DNA of 63,653 nt, filler included, from Vannella sp. (taxonomy: Eukaryota): assembly GCA_023345925.1 (NCBI GenBank). It is 6 parts of 6 records of this genome, joined end to end, with 100 filler letters (N's around TTAATTAATTAA, not from the genome) between each part and the next. Parts side by side here need not be neighbours in the genome. Positions count along the whole stretch, not along the records: positions 1 to 11,625 come from JAJQQN010000324.1; positions 11,726 to 17,145 come from JAJQQN010000928.1; 4 more parts are not named here. One strand, written 5' to 3'. A program made the translations under genes and the position numbers. Position 1 is the stretch's first letter. Each line of letters starts with the position of its first letter. Positions 1-11,755 of the stretch are shown piece after piece. The notes under the pieces are model-generated. The model ran no database searches, was not told the DNA's origin, and saw nothing but the letters and a program-made list of their open reading frames with translations.

Positions 1-658
1 ATGGCCCACGTATCCACTCCGGCCTCCTTGCGCAAGAAGGAGGAAGCGGGTTCCCTAATTAAAACCCGTTTTTCCACAAAAAAAAATAAAAAAAAATGGA
101 AAACCAGTGGCCCGGAGGAGACCTTTGGCATAAAATCCTTTTAGTTTGGACACATCATTGATAGTTTAATGTTTTGCACTTTTTAGAGAGGGAAAATCGG
201 AATAGGGCGGGCAACGAAGCCAACCACAGGAAAAGTGTGGAAAATCGGGATTTTGTCCCCAATGAGGAAGGAGCAAAGAGAAATCATGATGCTCCAGTTA
301 ATCAGATGAGCACTATTGCGAAGTCCTTTTGGTCAGATCTTGCCGAAATTCCCTTGATGATCAAGCGACCTTCCACGCTTTGAAGAATAGAATTCGCGTT
401 CAGGGACCGACCTCGCCTGAAGTGATAGTCTCCAGTAGTGACACTAGTTATGAATTGAGAGTGGTGAACTCGATCTCTCAAGAGATAAATGGTGCGAACA
501 TTAATGGTGCGAACAAGGTTCTGAAGGATGAAGTCATGAAACTGTATGGAAAGAAGACAGTCGAGAGAAAGTGACTCGCTCGCTCGCTGGAGAACAAAAT
601 CAGAATGTTTTTAGAGACCCTCATTCATTCGCAATGATTGTTTTGTCGAATCTCACCT

Positions 659-1717
659 TTAAGGGAAGCGGGCGCTCTTCTTTCTGCTACGGAAGGAATA
701 TGGAAGAGCTGGCTGGAGAGGACAGTGTGCGAGGCTTGTTTCTTTGGTGGTGTGATTGAGTCCGAGTTGCCCGAAAGTGTTGGATCCGAAGACCAGCAGG
801 CCGCCTTCCTGTGGGAAAGCCAAAGAATGCCACCCTCCTGCAACCATGGCGCTCATTTCTTTCCAGAAAGGAATCATCGATGGCTGGAGCTTATCACGAG
901 TCTTACCAGTCCCCAATTGCCCAACTCCTCCGTGTCCCCAGGTCCAGACTCCGCCATTCTCATCCAAAGAGAGAACGTGAATGGATCCGCACGAGACGGC
1001 AAGCATGGGAGGGATGTAGCTGATAGCCTGAAGCTCTGAATATTGTCCAGAAACACGCCCCAGCTGGCCATGGGTGTTGTTCCCGGAAGAGAAGACTCTT
1101 CCTTGCGAGTCGATGAGGATCACTCCCTCTGCGAGAGCAGCCAGACATCGAAGAGAGCCTTGGAGAGGTACTGTCGTCTGGATGAGTGTCGGTTGGAGAG
1201 CATTGTTGGTGTGTCCGAGACCCAGTTTCCCTTTGGAGTTGTCGCCCAACACCCAGAGACCTTCTTCGGCCTCTGCCACGAGGAAGTTGTTGCCACAAGC
1301 CACCTTGATGAGTGGAGGGAAGCCTTCTACCCGTTGAGGAAGAGAACTCGCCCAGGGAAGAGAGGTCTCGCTCGTCCATACCCAAAGGCCGCCTTTGGTG
1401 TCAAGCGCAGCGCTGTGGGACTTACCAGCAGCTACCAACGCAATGAGAGGAAGCTCTAGAACTCGCTGAAAGGTGTGTGAGAGAGAAGAGGAGCGGGAGC
1501 GACCAGCCTCCCACACACCTCCCTCTGCATCAAGAACGAGGGAGTGGTAGCATCCCCAGTCCACCTGCACCGGCTGCGGGCCATTCCAGATGACCTCTGC
1601 AGGTTGTAACTGCTTATCATTCATGTGGCCGAGGCCCAGTTGCCCGCAGTTGTTCCATCCAAAAGCCCAAAGACCCCCTTCGAGGGAGAGGACGATCGTG
1701 TGGTCTCCCAAAGGCAT
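659..1717 (-). CDS. RCC1-repeat (beta-propeller) protein, intronless
   Basis: Repeated RCC1 motifs: FGWNNCGQLGLG, LGDNSKGKLGLG, WGHGGVGQLGTG, FGSNTFGQLGL, each preceded by VAAG..HS-type segments; 352 aa. Confidence 0.92.
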   Translation of the reverse strand: MPLGDHTIVLSLEGGLWAFGWNNCGQLGLGHMNDKQLQPAEVIWNGPQPVQVDWGCYHSLVLDAEGGVWEAGRSRSSSLSHTFQRVLELPLIALVAAGKSHSAALDTKGGLWVWTSETSLPWASSLPQRVEGFPPLIKVACGNNFLVAEAEEGLWVLGDNSKGKLGLGHTNNALQPTLIQTTVPLQGSLRCLAALAEGVILIDSQGRVFSSGNNTHGQLGRVSGQYSELQAISYIPPMLAVSCGSIHVLSLDENGGVWTWGHGGVGQLGTGKTRDKLQPSMIPFWKEMSAMVAGGWHSLAFPQEGGLLVFGSNTFGQLGLNHTTKETSLAHCPLQPALPYSFRSRKKSARFP

Positions 1718-1900
1718 TGAAATGAATAGGGGAAGGTAAGAAGGGCCAGAATAGAGTACCTTTCATGTCTAGAGCAAGCAACAGCGTTCGCTGGCTCTGC
1801 CTTGAAGTCCAGAAGAGGAGGGACAGGAAAGACCGTAAAACGACCAGAACGCATGTAAGGATAACAATGTTATGAAGTATTGAAAAGGGTTATTGGGAAG

Positions 1901-4900
1901 CTAAGCAATGAAGGGGGTGTCCTTCAGGGCCACCAGCGACAAGACGACTTTGTCCATGGAAGGGCGTTTGGCAGGTTTGTCCACCCACATGGATGCTACT
2001 AACTTGGCCCAGCCCTTGGAGAGCTTCTCAGGGAAGACAGGACGCTGGCCTTTGCAAACCAAAGCAGGAATCTCATAAGAGGAAACGTTCTCAAAAGGCA
2101 ACTTGCCCGTGATGACCTCGTAGATGATCATCGCGAAACTGTAAATGTCCGCTTTCAGAGAGTAGTCTTGAGAGGAGAAGACTTCAGGAGCCATCCAGAT
2201 GGGAGTTCCAACGTTGACGGTCATTAACTCGGCTTGAAGGCGAGTTGCACCAATGTCTGCAACGTAAACACCCCAATCCTCTTGGATGAGGATGTTCAAA
2301 GACTTCAAGTCGCGGTGGATAAGGCCAAGAGAGTGCAAGTACTCAATACCAAGTGCTGTCTGGTGCAGCACATTGAACCGCTTTTTGGCATCGAAGGTTG
2401 CAGCTTCATCATGCAAGACGTTGTAAAGTGATCCTCTGGATGCGTACGGACTGACACAGAACATTCTGTTTCCATCCTCGTAAATAGAAGCTCCGTGTGC
2501 AAAGACAGGCAAGAGGTTAGGGTGTCGCAGCAAGCACATGAGAGAGATCTCTTGGAGGATGTCCGTAGATTTCTCGTCGTCATTGAACAGTTTCACAGCC
2601 ACTGTCTCATCGTTCCACTTGGTGCGGTAGATAGAAGAAGTTCCTCCACGGGCAAAGCGAACAAGTTTCCCCATGTCGCTGAGGTCAATGTTAGGGCAGA
2701 AGGAAATACTTCCAGCCGAAGCCATTTTGATGAGCCATTCAAAGCAGTGCTTGTTCTGTACCAAAGTATCACGAACCTGAGTTTGGAATCCCTCTCCAGT
2801 CTGGAAGTGCTTGTTGGACAGGAGTGCTCCCAAAGCAATTTGTCCAAGTCGTTGAAGTCGTCTGTTACGGTAGAAGGGGGAGTTCTTGTCACCCTCGAAT
2901 GCACACGCCTGAACAAGCCATTCAATTTCTTGAGTGTCCATCAAGCCTCGGTTAGCGAGATCTCCAGATGCAAGATAGCCACTGAATATCTCCAGCTTCT
3001 TCTTAGAGAATCGCGAGACACCTCGACGCAACTTGCGGTCAAAAGACGCAGTGAAAGACCGATAAGCCTCCAGAGTCTCTTTCTTCTTGGATTCACAAGA
3101 GAGCCAACGTCTGTAAGACGAAATAGCAACAGAAACTTGGTGTCCAAACTTCAAGGCCTCAATATACTTCGCCTCCGCTGTGTCTGGGAAGTAAACAGGG
3201 AAGAAGACTCGAGTGATTGCAGTGGCTTGATCACGAGAAGGGCAGATGAGCGGCATGTCAGCAGCATCTCCGTTTTTCATTCGGCGATTGTGCTCTGAGA
3301 TAGCAGCCAGAGCACCCCTGAAAGCTGTGTAATAAGAGTCCTCTGTCGCCTTATCTTCCAAAAGGTTTGTACGCGACAAGGCAAGGAGAAGGATGAAGCT
3401 CGAGTTGGCTTGGGCCAGAATAGCTGTTCCAAGCGGAATCTCTCCACAAGATTGCCTGACCATAGGGTCCAGTATTTGGTGACATCTACTAGAGTTAGCA
3501 TATTGAGACCTTCCTGTTCAGTCATTACCTATCGCGGAAAGCAAAAGAAGCGGATTCAATCAGAACACCCGATGTGGTACATGGGATAACAAAGCACATG
3601 CCCTGTTGATCCTTGAGAGTGTCAAGATCCTTCCACATATTGTTCGTTGACAACAAGAAACAGTTGGGCGTGCTTTGTCCAATCAGGGAGTCAAACAGCA
3701 TCGCACGAGTTCTGAAACTGTCTCTTGGAATGACAAACGAGAAGAAGAGACCAATCTCCCCCTCCTCATTATCCATGAGATCCTTCGTCTCTTGATCTCC
3801 ACTTTCACGTGGGGTCATTGTCACCTCAGAGTCAATAGGTAACTCACACACTCTTACATCGGCCTCTGGCTTCTCCAGTGTGGCTTCCAACGAGTCAGTA
3901 TCAAATGACGATGCTCCTTGCTATCATACCTTGTGTCAGGAACCTCTTAAAGTTCTGCTGCGTGGTGATCCGTTCCCAAGTTCCTTTCACATTGATAAGG
4001 AGAGAGATGGGATACTCCACCTCAAGTTTGTTACGAATGGACTGCTTGACAAAGTAGAGAAGGGCGGAGCGTTTGATCGAGATCTCGTGTTGCTCACCAA
4101 CAGACTCGGGGTTCTTCTCATCAAAGGCGATGAAACGGAGCAGGACCGTCGGTTCGCTGTCCACTGCTGGAGTAGCTTCTTTCTCTTCCTCCTTACCATT
4201 GCTCATGAGCTTCTTACGGCGCCAGTAAGCGACTTGACGAGGCTTGTGGAGATCAACGGCGGTGTTGACCCCGTTCGAGTTCGAAGCAAGGTTCTCCACA
4301 GAGGAGTTGGACTCGTTAGAACGGTGCAGAGTGTCTCCAACAAGAGAGCGTTCATCCCAGAGAGAGTCGCTGCGCTGCTCTGCAGAAGCGGCGTTGCTAT
4401 CAGGATAAGAAGTGATAGTCTCATTCGTGGGGAGGAACGAGGGGCCTTGCGAGGAGAGCATCTGAATGAGACGAACGAGCTTGATTTGGATGGCGGGGTC
4501 AACGATGCCGATCCTCCTTAAGCCTGAAGCAGACATCGACAAGAACCGATTACCGTCCACGTCGTTCTCGATAAAAGGGCCAACGTACTCCTCATAGCCA
4601 GCTCGTTCAAGCCACAAAGCAACCTGAGGAGGACGCCACTTGGTAGGGTCGTCTTCCTCAAGGAGGTAGGTCACATCTTTTTGTACCGCGATGAAGTGGG
4701 TCACAACAGCAGGTTCTCCCTTCTTAGTGTGAAGAGGGATCATCAGAAAGTTGTTCAAAAATGGTGTACCGTCCTTGCGGTAGTTGAGGATCTCCACCTC
4801 CAACTCCTTGCCGGAGTGGACAGCAGCTCGCACCTTGTCTACTGTGCGTGGGTTGGTGTGTTTTCCTTGAAGAAAGCGACAGTTAAAACCGATAACCTCC

Positions 4901-5100
4901 TCCTTGGAGTACTGGGTCATCTCGTGGAAGTCGCTGTTGGCGAAAACGATGGGGCAATCAGGAAGGCGCATATCAGTGATGAGCATACTCTCCTCCACCT
5001 CCCTCAACCAAGGATACTCCTTTACAATCGACTCGTAGAGTTTGGAGAGCTCTTTTGGAGCGAGAGAGGTTGCAACAGGCTTCGACCCCTCGTTCCCCAT
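1901..5100 (-). CDS. LOV-SAM-PB1-like-macro-like-TKL protein kinase, 3 exons (5100-3930, 3883-3529, 3488-1901), ~1037 aa
   Basis: LOV signature GFNCRFLQG plus NYRKDG and FIAVQKDVT. SAM: WRPPQVALWL..YVGPFIENDVDGNRFL. Kinase motifs VAVK, HRDLKSLN, DIG, GTPIWMAPE, DIYSFAM. Introns 3929-3884 (GTATGA..TACTGAC..GAAG) and 3528-3489 (GTAATG..GCTAAC..CTAG) join the three ORFs in frame. Confidence 0.85.
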
Positions 5101-6768
5101 GAGAAGATAACAATACCTCTTCGTTTCCTGTCAATACCTTAGCAAATCCCAATTCCATCTCAATTTCGTATGTAACAAGATTTGTCTGTCATTTTTCAGA
5201 AGAACCAGACGCAACATGAGTTATGGCATCACCATTTTCAAAGAATTTCTCAGAGCCAATCGTTGGTCGGTAAACATGGTGGTACAACAAAATAGCTTCT
5301 AGAGCCGCGCCACAGGAGTGGCTGATGTCAGACGAGGAGGCCTTCAGTCGCAAGGACAGCGGGGACCTCCGTGGAACCTATTCTCTCACATCACGGATCA
5401 GTGAGAAGGAGTGGAAACATCATGGTTAATAGGAGTGGAGGGTCTAATTGAAGCGAAACAAAGCATTGAGACAAGCTCCCCCCGTGGGTCCTCCTGCGAA
5501 TGACGATTTACGAGGGCTACTTTTCCACCGTCTGGAGGACAGTCCAGGACCCCAAATAGCTCAACCAATCAATGATTTTCAGAAGCACTTTTCAATGGAG
5601 GCCTGCGGAAGTAGTTCGTGCGGCTGAGAATTCTCCATTCAAGAACTGCTTCGAACTAAAATGTCCCACTTGTTTGACATTGGGGGCCATGTATGAAGAG
5701 AAACAGAGGAAGAATGCGGGAACATGTGGATTCTAGAACCTAATTGTTAAAAGATAATCACAGCTAAATTGGTTGAGCCATCTTTGTGGGTGCTGGTCCC
5801 TTGGGCCGTTGAGATAACTTGGCGACAAAGAGGACATGTCTTCTTTCTTTCAAACCTTGGTGGAGGTAAGTGATGCTCAGAAACTCAATAGATAAACACA
5901 CCACTCAGCAACACAGTCTTCACAGAATATATGTCCGCATTCCAGCTTCACTGGATCACTTAATGATTCCTGACAAATAGTACACGTTGAGCCCGCCTCC
6001 AGTAGGTCCCCAGAGGAGGGTTTCATTCCAAGGCTCTTAAGAAAGGTTAGAAAAGAAACTCAAAGAACTGCTAGTAAACCTTGGAGAAAAGAATTTCCTT
6101 GAAAGTCCTCCCCCAGGTGCTCAAAAGGCGAGTTAAATGGGAAAATTTCGCCGCTGTGTAACATATCAAAAGTGTTTCACCGTAAGTTCGATCGGGAGAA
6201 TACAAATAGAACGCCCAAACCGGTGCAGGAAGGCAAGCTCGGTAAAGTAACGAGCATCCTTCAACTACGGAGAGTATGTTGCTCTATTTCATTGTCTTAG
6301 AACCCAGTTCCAAAGGAAAGCTATTGCCTTACAACCCTCTTCCTCGATTTCTTATGATAAACGATCAATACCAAAGCTTTCACCAAAATTGTGGAAAGTT
6401 TGGCAAAGAGATCTCGAACCAGAGTTACTCCTCTGACCAACATCGGTCTAATGTGATCAGCTTACCATTGATGGTTCCGACAAAAAGGGCGTCAATAAAG
6501 CTGGGAGAGAAAGGCAGAGTTTGAAAGAACAAAGCACCAAGACAAGAGTCTCTTGAAAGGAGCATAACCGACACTGTGAGATTCAAAACACAAAACAGAA
6601 TCGTTTTCTGGAGGAGGCTTCCTCTGTTTGCTTCCTCTTGCCCAGTCTAGGCACTAGAGTGAACAAAGGAAGCTCATTTTGGGAACGCACCGCGACGCAT
6701 TGGACTATTTGGTTGCACTTGATCACAGCTAAGAACTGAGAGATGAAGATAATAATGCCTGCGATGGT

Positions 6769-7227
6769 CTAGTTACTACTGACCTGGGTTTCTGTGAGGT
6801 TTGAGGGCTTACCGAGGAAGTGTTCAAACAGAAAGGCTACTAAGAGGAGGAATAAGAAGGGAATGGGAGGAGCAAACCAGCCAAGGAAGTCAGATGCTTC
6901 TAATGGCGGTATTAAGGAGATTAGTAACTCTAGCAGTTGACCATGGACCGTGGTAGGACCGGGTGCTGGAGCAACGTCCCCTATTATGTGTTCACCCCGC
7001 TCCTCCTCATCCTCCTCCACATCCTCCAGCCCTTCCTCTATATCATCTCCACCTTCCAGGTCCGGACTATCCATAAACCTGGCTCCTTGAGAGCCTGGGC
7101 CAGCCACCAACCCAATCCTCCCCAACATGGCCCGAAGCCGCTGGTCCGAAGGCTCCCCCATCCCCCTGGAAGGCAACCAAATGGACTCAGAAGCTACATT
7201 TACATGTCCTACGTAGAAATGCTTCAT
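6769..7227 (-). CDS. hypothetical protein with acidic tract and C-terminal hydrophobic segment
   Basis: 152-aa ORF with DDIEEGLEDVEEDEEE and PIPFLFLLLVAFLF; divergent from MPST; no family recognised and start uncertain. Confidence 0.35.
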   Translation of the reverse strand: MKHFYVGHVNVASESIWLPSRGMGEPSDQRLRAMLGRIGLVAGPGSQGARFMDSPDLEGGDDIEEGLEDVEEDEEERGEHIIGDVAPAPGPTTVHGQLLELLISLIPPLEASDFLGWFAPPIPFLFLLLVAFLFEHFLGKPSNLTETQVSSN

Positions 7228-7235
7228 TTCCTTCC

Positions 7236-8366
7236 ATGCAACGGGCCGGTGGGTTCAGTAAGAGAGGGGGAGGAGCCTTTCTCACTCGTGTGGGTTCAGG
7301 CATTGTCAGTGGGGAGTGGCTACGCTCTAAGTTAGCTCGTGGACAGGCTTTGAAGATCTTGGATGCTTCCTGGTGCGTGGGGAACAAGGGATGTGGCGGG
7401 GTGAGGTCCTGATAGGGGCGTAGGTACCTTCCATCAGCTCAACGCAATGCGCGGGAGGAGTATCAGGCCAGGAGGATACAAGGAGCACGCTTCTTTGACC
7501 TTGATAACGCCTTCTCTGACAAGTCGACTTCTCTTCCTCACATGCTTCCTTCTCCTCAACACTTCTGGCACCAGGCAGCCCTTCTTGGTATCCAGCCTGG
7601 AGACATGATCGTAGCGTACGATGGGGTCAGTGTTTTGACTCCTCTCAGTCCTTCTCCTTAACCAGGGAGATGCAGATGGGCATCTTTTCAGCTGCTCGAT
7701 GCTGGTGGATGTTCCGAACGATGGGATGGGACGATAATAACGTAGCTGTACTCGATGGAGGCTTCTCAAAGGTAGCAGAGGACTTCCCAGAGCTGATAAT
7801 CGAGGGAAAGGTTGCTGATGATGACATGTCCAGCGTGCCAGAGGAGGAAGCGAGAAGGATAGCCAAGCTACTTGAGTCTAATCATCAGTTTAGACAAGAA
7901 CTCGTCCGTTCAGTCGATCAGATCGAGAGAAACCTGAAGGAGCCCCAAGAACAAGTGGTCGATGCACGTCCGCTTGGGCGATTCAACGGTACTGACCCTG
8001 AACCAAGGGCTGGCCTTTCTTCTGGGCACATGCCACACTCAGTATCTCTCCCATTCAGTGATGTTCTGGCCAAAGGGTGCATGCGGTCACCGGAAGAGAT
8101 CAGAACGTTGTACCTCGACCGTGGCATTGACATTCATGCTTCAACAGGCTCCACCATCATCAGTTCTTGTGGTTCTGGAGTCTCTGCTGCTGTCATTGAT
8201 CTCGCCTTGACTTCCGCTAGTAAGCTCCCTGGATAGATACACCAAAATCACACTAACTCCTTCCCAAGATTGCAAAGTCCCGCACGCTATTTACGATGGC
8301 TCTTGGTCTGAATACGCAGATCCTGAAGCTCAACGCCCTATCGTCTCTCTAGAACCTAAAGTCTAG
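7236..8366 (+). CDS. MPST: 3-mercaptopyruvate sulfurtransferase (tandem rhodanese), spliced
   Basis: Spliced motifs LDASW|YLP, GARFFDLD, LPHMLP, YDG|MGIFSAARCWWMF, DARP.GRF.G..PEPR, SGHMP, active-site loop CGSGVSA, YDGSWSEY; start approximate. Confidence 0.9.
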
Positions 8367-9013
8367 TCATTGAGGGTTCAAGAGCCAAATGGTGAAACAA
8401 ACGCTCAAAGAAAGAACCTTTCAACCCCCTTCGGCGCCCCCTTGACCTGGATTACACATCTTTGATGATATGAGAGTAATAATGGCTATTAATTGTCTCT
8501 TTAGCGCTCATGCTGATAGGCTCTCTCGTAAGAAGTCCCTTTCTCGCCCCAGAGGGCAGGGCAGGTAAAAGCCTCTCTGCTGTTGGAAGCCTGCATTCAG
8601 GCAGTAGAATGCTCTGGTAAGGGAGATCTGCCTGTTCCTGTCCTATTGACACAAAGGTTGTGAGACAAAGCCTGTTGGTCTCTTGGGTGAGAAAAGTCAC
8701 AAGCGGCGAGGGCAGTTCCTCCTTCGGGTCCTGAAGCACCCAAAAACCCAAAAACTGAAATCAGCTCAAAAGCTTATCCTGCAGAGATGGAGGTCACTAG
8801 GACACTCAACGCAAACACCAGTTTTGTATCCCTCTTCCCCTTCGCTTGTGTGAGAGCATCAGCAATTGGCTTCCCCAAATCATCCGTTGATCTGGAGATC
8901 CGAAATCATTCTCACTAAAACAACATATTTGTGTCACCATTGGAAGATTCTTTGGAGGTTTCCCGCGAACATGCGCCCGTACGGTCAGTCCTTTTTCTCT
9001 CGCCCGTTCACTG

Positions 9014-10000
9014 ATGACTTCTTCTCTGGTGTGCATGGAGGGGCTGTGCGTTGTTCTAGTGTTGCTCCTTGTTGTGGCTGGCCAACCGACTCTGTCCTTC
9101 TCACCTACTCAGGTTGGAGAACCTCCCAAGGACACAACGGTCTCCCAAAGTAGTTCCCAACGCAGCGAGACGCGAAGCGTCTCTACTACAAACTCGCTGT
9201 TAGACCCCTTTCAAGCTGCATCCATAGACTGTGGGACGCGTTGCTTCGTTGGCTCGCGAACGTTCCAGATCCCCGAATTTTCCGTCGCTGGCTCTTCAGA
9301 ACCGCAAGCTATACCTATGGGTGACGTAGAAAGGTTGATGGGAACGCTTCTTCTTCCTCCCAATCTCCCTGGAGGGAGCTTCATGAACGCTTCGTGGATC
9401 CAAACTTCGGATGGCTTCTCTCCCAATGTGGACAAAGGGAGCTATCAGATTGGGTCTACTCTCATCGATATCAACCTCTTTGACTCGACTGGTGAGTCCA
9501 TTGAGAAGTTCTCAGAGTCCATCCGGATCTGCATCAGCGAGCCAAAGGGAAACCTCCCTGTTGGTAGCTGTCTTGGATTCTTCAATACGACCACTTCTAT
9601 CTGGGAATGCCAAGACCGCCAACTCTCTCCTGAGGGAGGCACTTTCTGTGGAGAAACTGGTAAGGCTCCTGGGTCGGGTAGACTTCTTCGCTTACTGACT
9701 GACAGTGAAGATCATCTCACATCATTTGCTCTACTCCTTGGGGCTCTCCCAACGTCAAGCAATGGAGTGGAAGCAAAACACTTCTTCCAATGGATGACTT
9801 TAGCATTCCTTCTGGCAGCGTTCGTCTGCGTTTTCATTGCTGTTGGCTTGAACGAAGCTTATTTTCGATTCCGCATGATCAAAAAGAAGCGTTTCCTTTC
9901 TCACCTGGAGACTATCAAGACTGCAGGGGCCTCTGACGCTTCGCTTAATTCAGATCAGATTCCAGGCTCCAGTCAAGCCCCAATGTTGTCTCCTTTCTAG
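9014..10000 (+). CDS. single-pass membrane protein with GAIN/GPS-like autoproteolysis motif
   Basis: Signal-like LCVVLVLLLVVAG; CLGFFNTTTSIWEC...FCGET|DHLTSFALLL after removing the in-frame 51-nt intron 9660-9710; TM segment WMTLAFLLAAFVCVFIAVGL. Confidence 0.75.
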   Translation: MTSSLVCMEGLCVVLVLLLVVAGQPTLSFSPTQVGEPPKDTTVSQSSSQRSETRSVSTTNSLLDPFQAASIDCGTRCFVGSRTFQIPEFSVAGSSEPQAIPMGDVERLMGTLLLPPNLPGGSFMNASWIQTSDGFSPNVDKGSYQIGSTLIDINLFDSTGESIEKFSESIRICISEPKGNLPVGSCLGFFNTTTSIWECQDRQLSPEGGTFCGETGKAPGSGRLLRLLTDSEDHLTSFALLLGALPTSSNGVEAKHFFQWMTLAFLLAAFVCVFIAVGLNEAYFRFRMIKKKRFLSHLETIKTAGASDASLNSDQIPGSSQAPMLSPF

Positions 10001-10533
10001 CCCTCTTCGAACCATTGTCCTGATGGGGAGTTCGGGAGAACTCACAGCGTTATTTAAAGATTCTCTCATTCTGCTACTCACAACAGATTGGGTCCATCTG
10101 GAGACGGATTCAAGCCTACACTGAGAGTGTAGTGGTCACCCAGAGGCTATGAATAACGTTACGAGAGATTGATATTGTCCGGAGCCTCCTTTGCTGTCTG
10201 CATGACAGCTCTATTCGAATTTATTTAGTGAAAGGTAGAGGAGAACTTATTCAGTAAGACAGCTTGGGGGTGGAGCCTCCATCGGACTCTCGCTTCCACT
10301 AACAATCCGCAAAAAGCAACCATAACAAGGTGCCTGCCACCATTGAGTGGTTGGTATACCCACCCTGTGATGGGAGAGCTGCTGATTAGATCATTCAGTG
10401 GACGAATACCTTAACAGATGAGGCATCGATCAACAAGCCGAGGAGTTGGACTCACAACCCCTAAACCCGCCTTAGACTTGAGTTTGCAAATCAACAAAAG
10501 GTAGAAGAGGCACGCATACCGACAGGAACATTT

Positions 10534-10578
10534 TCCCCTTCGCTCATGTTCCCTTCGCTCATGTCCCCTTCGCTCACG
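10534..10578. repeat. 3 x 15-bp tandem repeat (tccccttcgctcatg) upstream of PGAM-like gene
   Basis: tccccttcgctcatg / ttcccttcgctcatg / tccccttcgctcacg read directly. Confidence 0.85.
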
Positions 10579-10651
10579 GGTTCTCTCAATGAATTCAGTT
10601 GGTTATTGATATCCATCAAAGTGGGCATTTCCTTTGGGCCAGTTGCTGTTG

Positions 10652-11624
10652 ATGGCTTACGGCGGACCGGTGGATTTGGTGCTCATTCGCCATGGTGAAA
10701 GCGAAGGGAATCTTGCGCAGTCCCGTTCTAAGCATGGTAACGAAGCGGACTGGCAAGGAGAGTTTGGAGACCGCCACTCGTCTCGCTATCGCTTAACCGA
10801 TGATGGGCGCAAGCAAGCTCACTTCTCTGGAGAGTTCATCAAGGAGCACATCTTCCCTGGGTTCGATCGGTACGTACCTGTGTCTCCTCTCTCTTCTGTC
10901 CTTCTCCCTCCTAACGAAACCTCAGTTACTTTACCTCTGAGTATGCGCGAGCGATGGAGACAGCTGGCCTTCTTGGCTTTGAGGGTGCTGATTGGAATGT
11001 TGAGTTCAGTCTCCGTGAGAGAGACAACGGCGTGCTCGCCAACCTGAGCAAGAAGGAGCGCAAAGAGGAATACGCTCACGAGCTGGCCCGCCGTGACCGA
11101 GATCTCTTCTACTGGCAGCCTCCGGGAGGTGAATCCATTGCTACCATGTGTATCAGGTACATAGAGACCTTTATCATTCACATTAGAGCCTCACACCCTT
11201 CAGAGTGGACCAGTTCTTGAAGAATCTCGAGCGCACTTGTGCTGGCCTCCGTGTTCTGGTTGTCTGCCACGGGAACATCATGGAGGGCTTCCGTATCCTC
11301 TTAGAGAGACTCACTCAGATGCACTGGGTCAAACTGAGAGACTCTGGGGATCCCAAGGACAAGATTCACAACTGCCAGATCTTCTGGTACAGCAGACGCA
11401 ACCCCAAGACCCAGTACATCCACGGCTCAGTCAAGTATGTCAAGTCCATCTGCCCTTACAAGCCCCATCTGTCGTACAACTCGTGGGAATCTGTTGGTCG
11501 GACCAGCTTCTCCAACGAGGATCTCACCAAACATGTCCAAACCATTCCCCAGCTTGTCAACTCTGACCCAAAGGAAGAGGCGTCTGACCCCAGCCAAGAG
11601 AGCTACCAAGCCATTCCTCAATAA
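10652..11624 (+). CDS. histidine phosphatase / phosphoglycerate mutase family protein, 2 introns
   Basis: LIRHGESEGN, LTDDGRKQA, LRERDNG, PPGGES, LVVCHGNI across three exons. Confidence 0.9.
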
Positions 11625-11625
11625 C

Positions 11626-11725
11626 NNNNNNNNNNNNNNNNNNNNNNNNNNNNNNNNNNNNNNNNNNNNTTAATTAATTAANNNNNNNNNNNNNNNNNNN
11701 NNNNNNNNNNNNNNNNNNNNNNNNN
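11626..11725. other. artificial contig linker (N44-TTAATTAATTAA-N44)
   Basis: Identical 100-nt structure with six-frame stop codons occurs five times in the window. Confidence 0.98.
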
Positions 11726-11755
11726 CATTGGTCCATTCTTTTTCGACCTTCTGCC

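Noticed and set aside
1..620. Short ORFs and a 15-bp tandem (aatggtgcgaaca) near the window start
   Set aside because: No family similarity; probably non-coding or repeat-derived contig end
5160..6760. Possible decayed gene or transposon in the 1.6-kb gap
   Set aside because: No recognisable motif, terminal repeat or sustained reading frame
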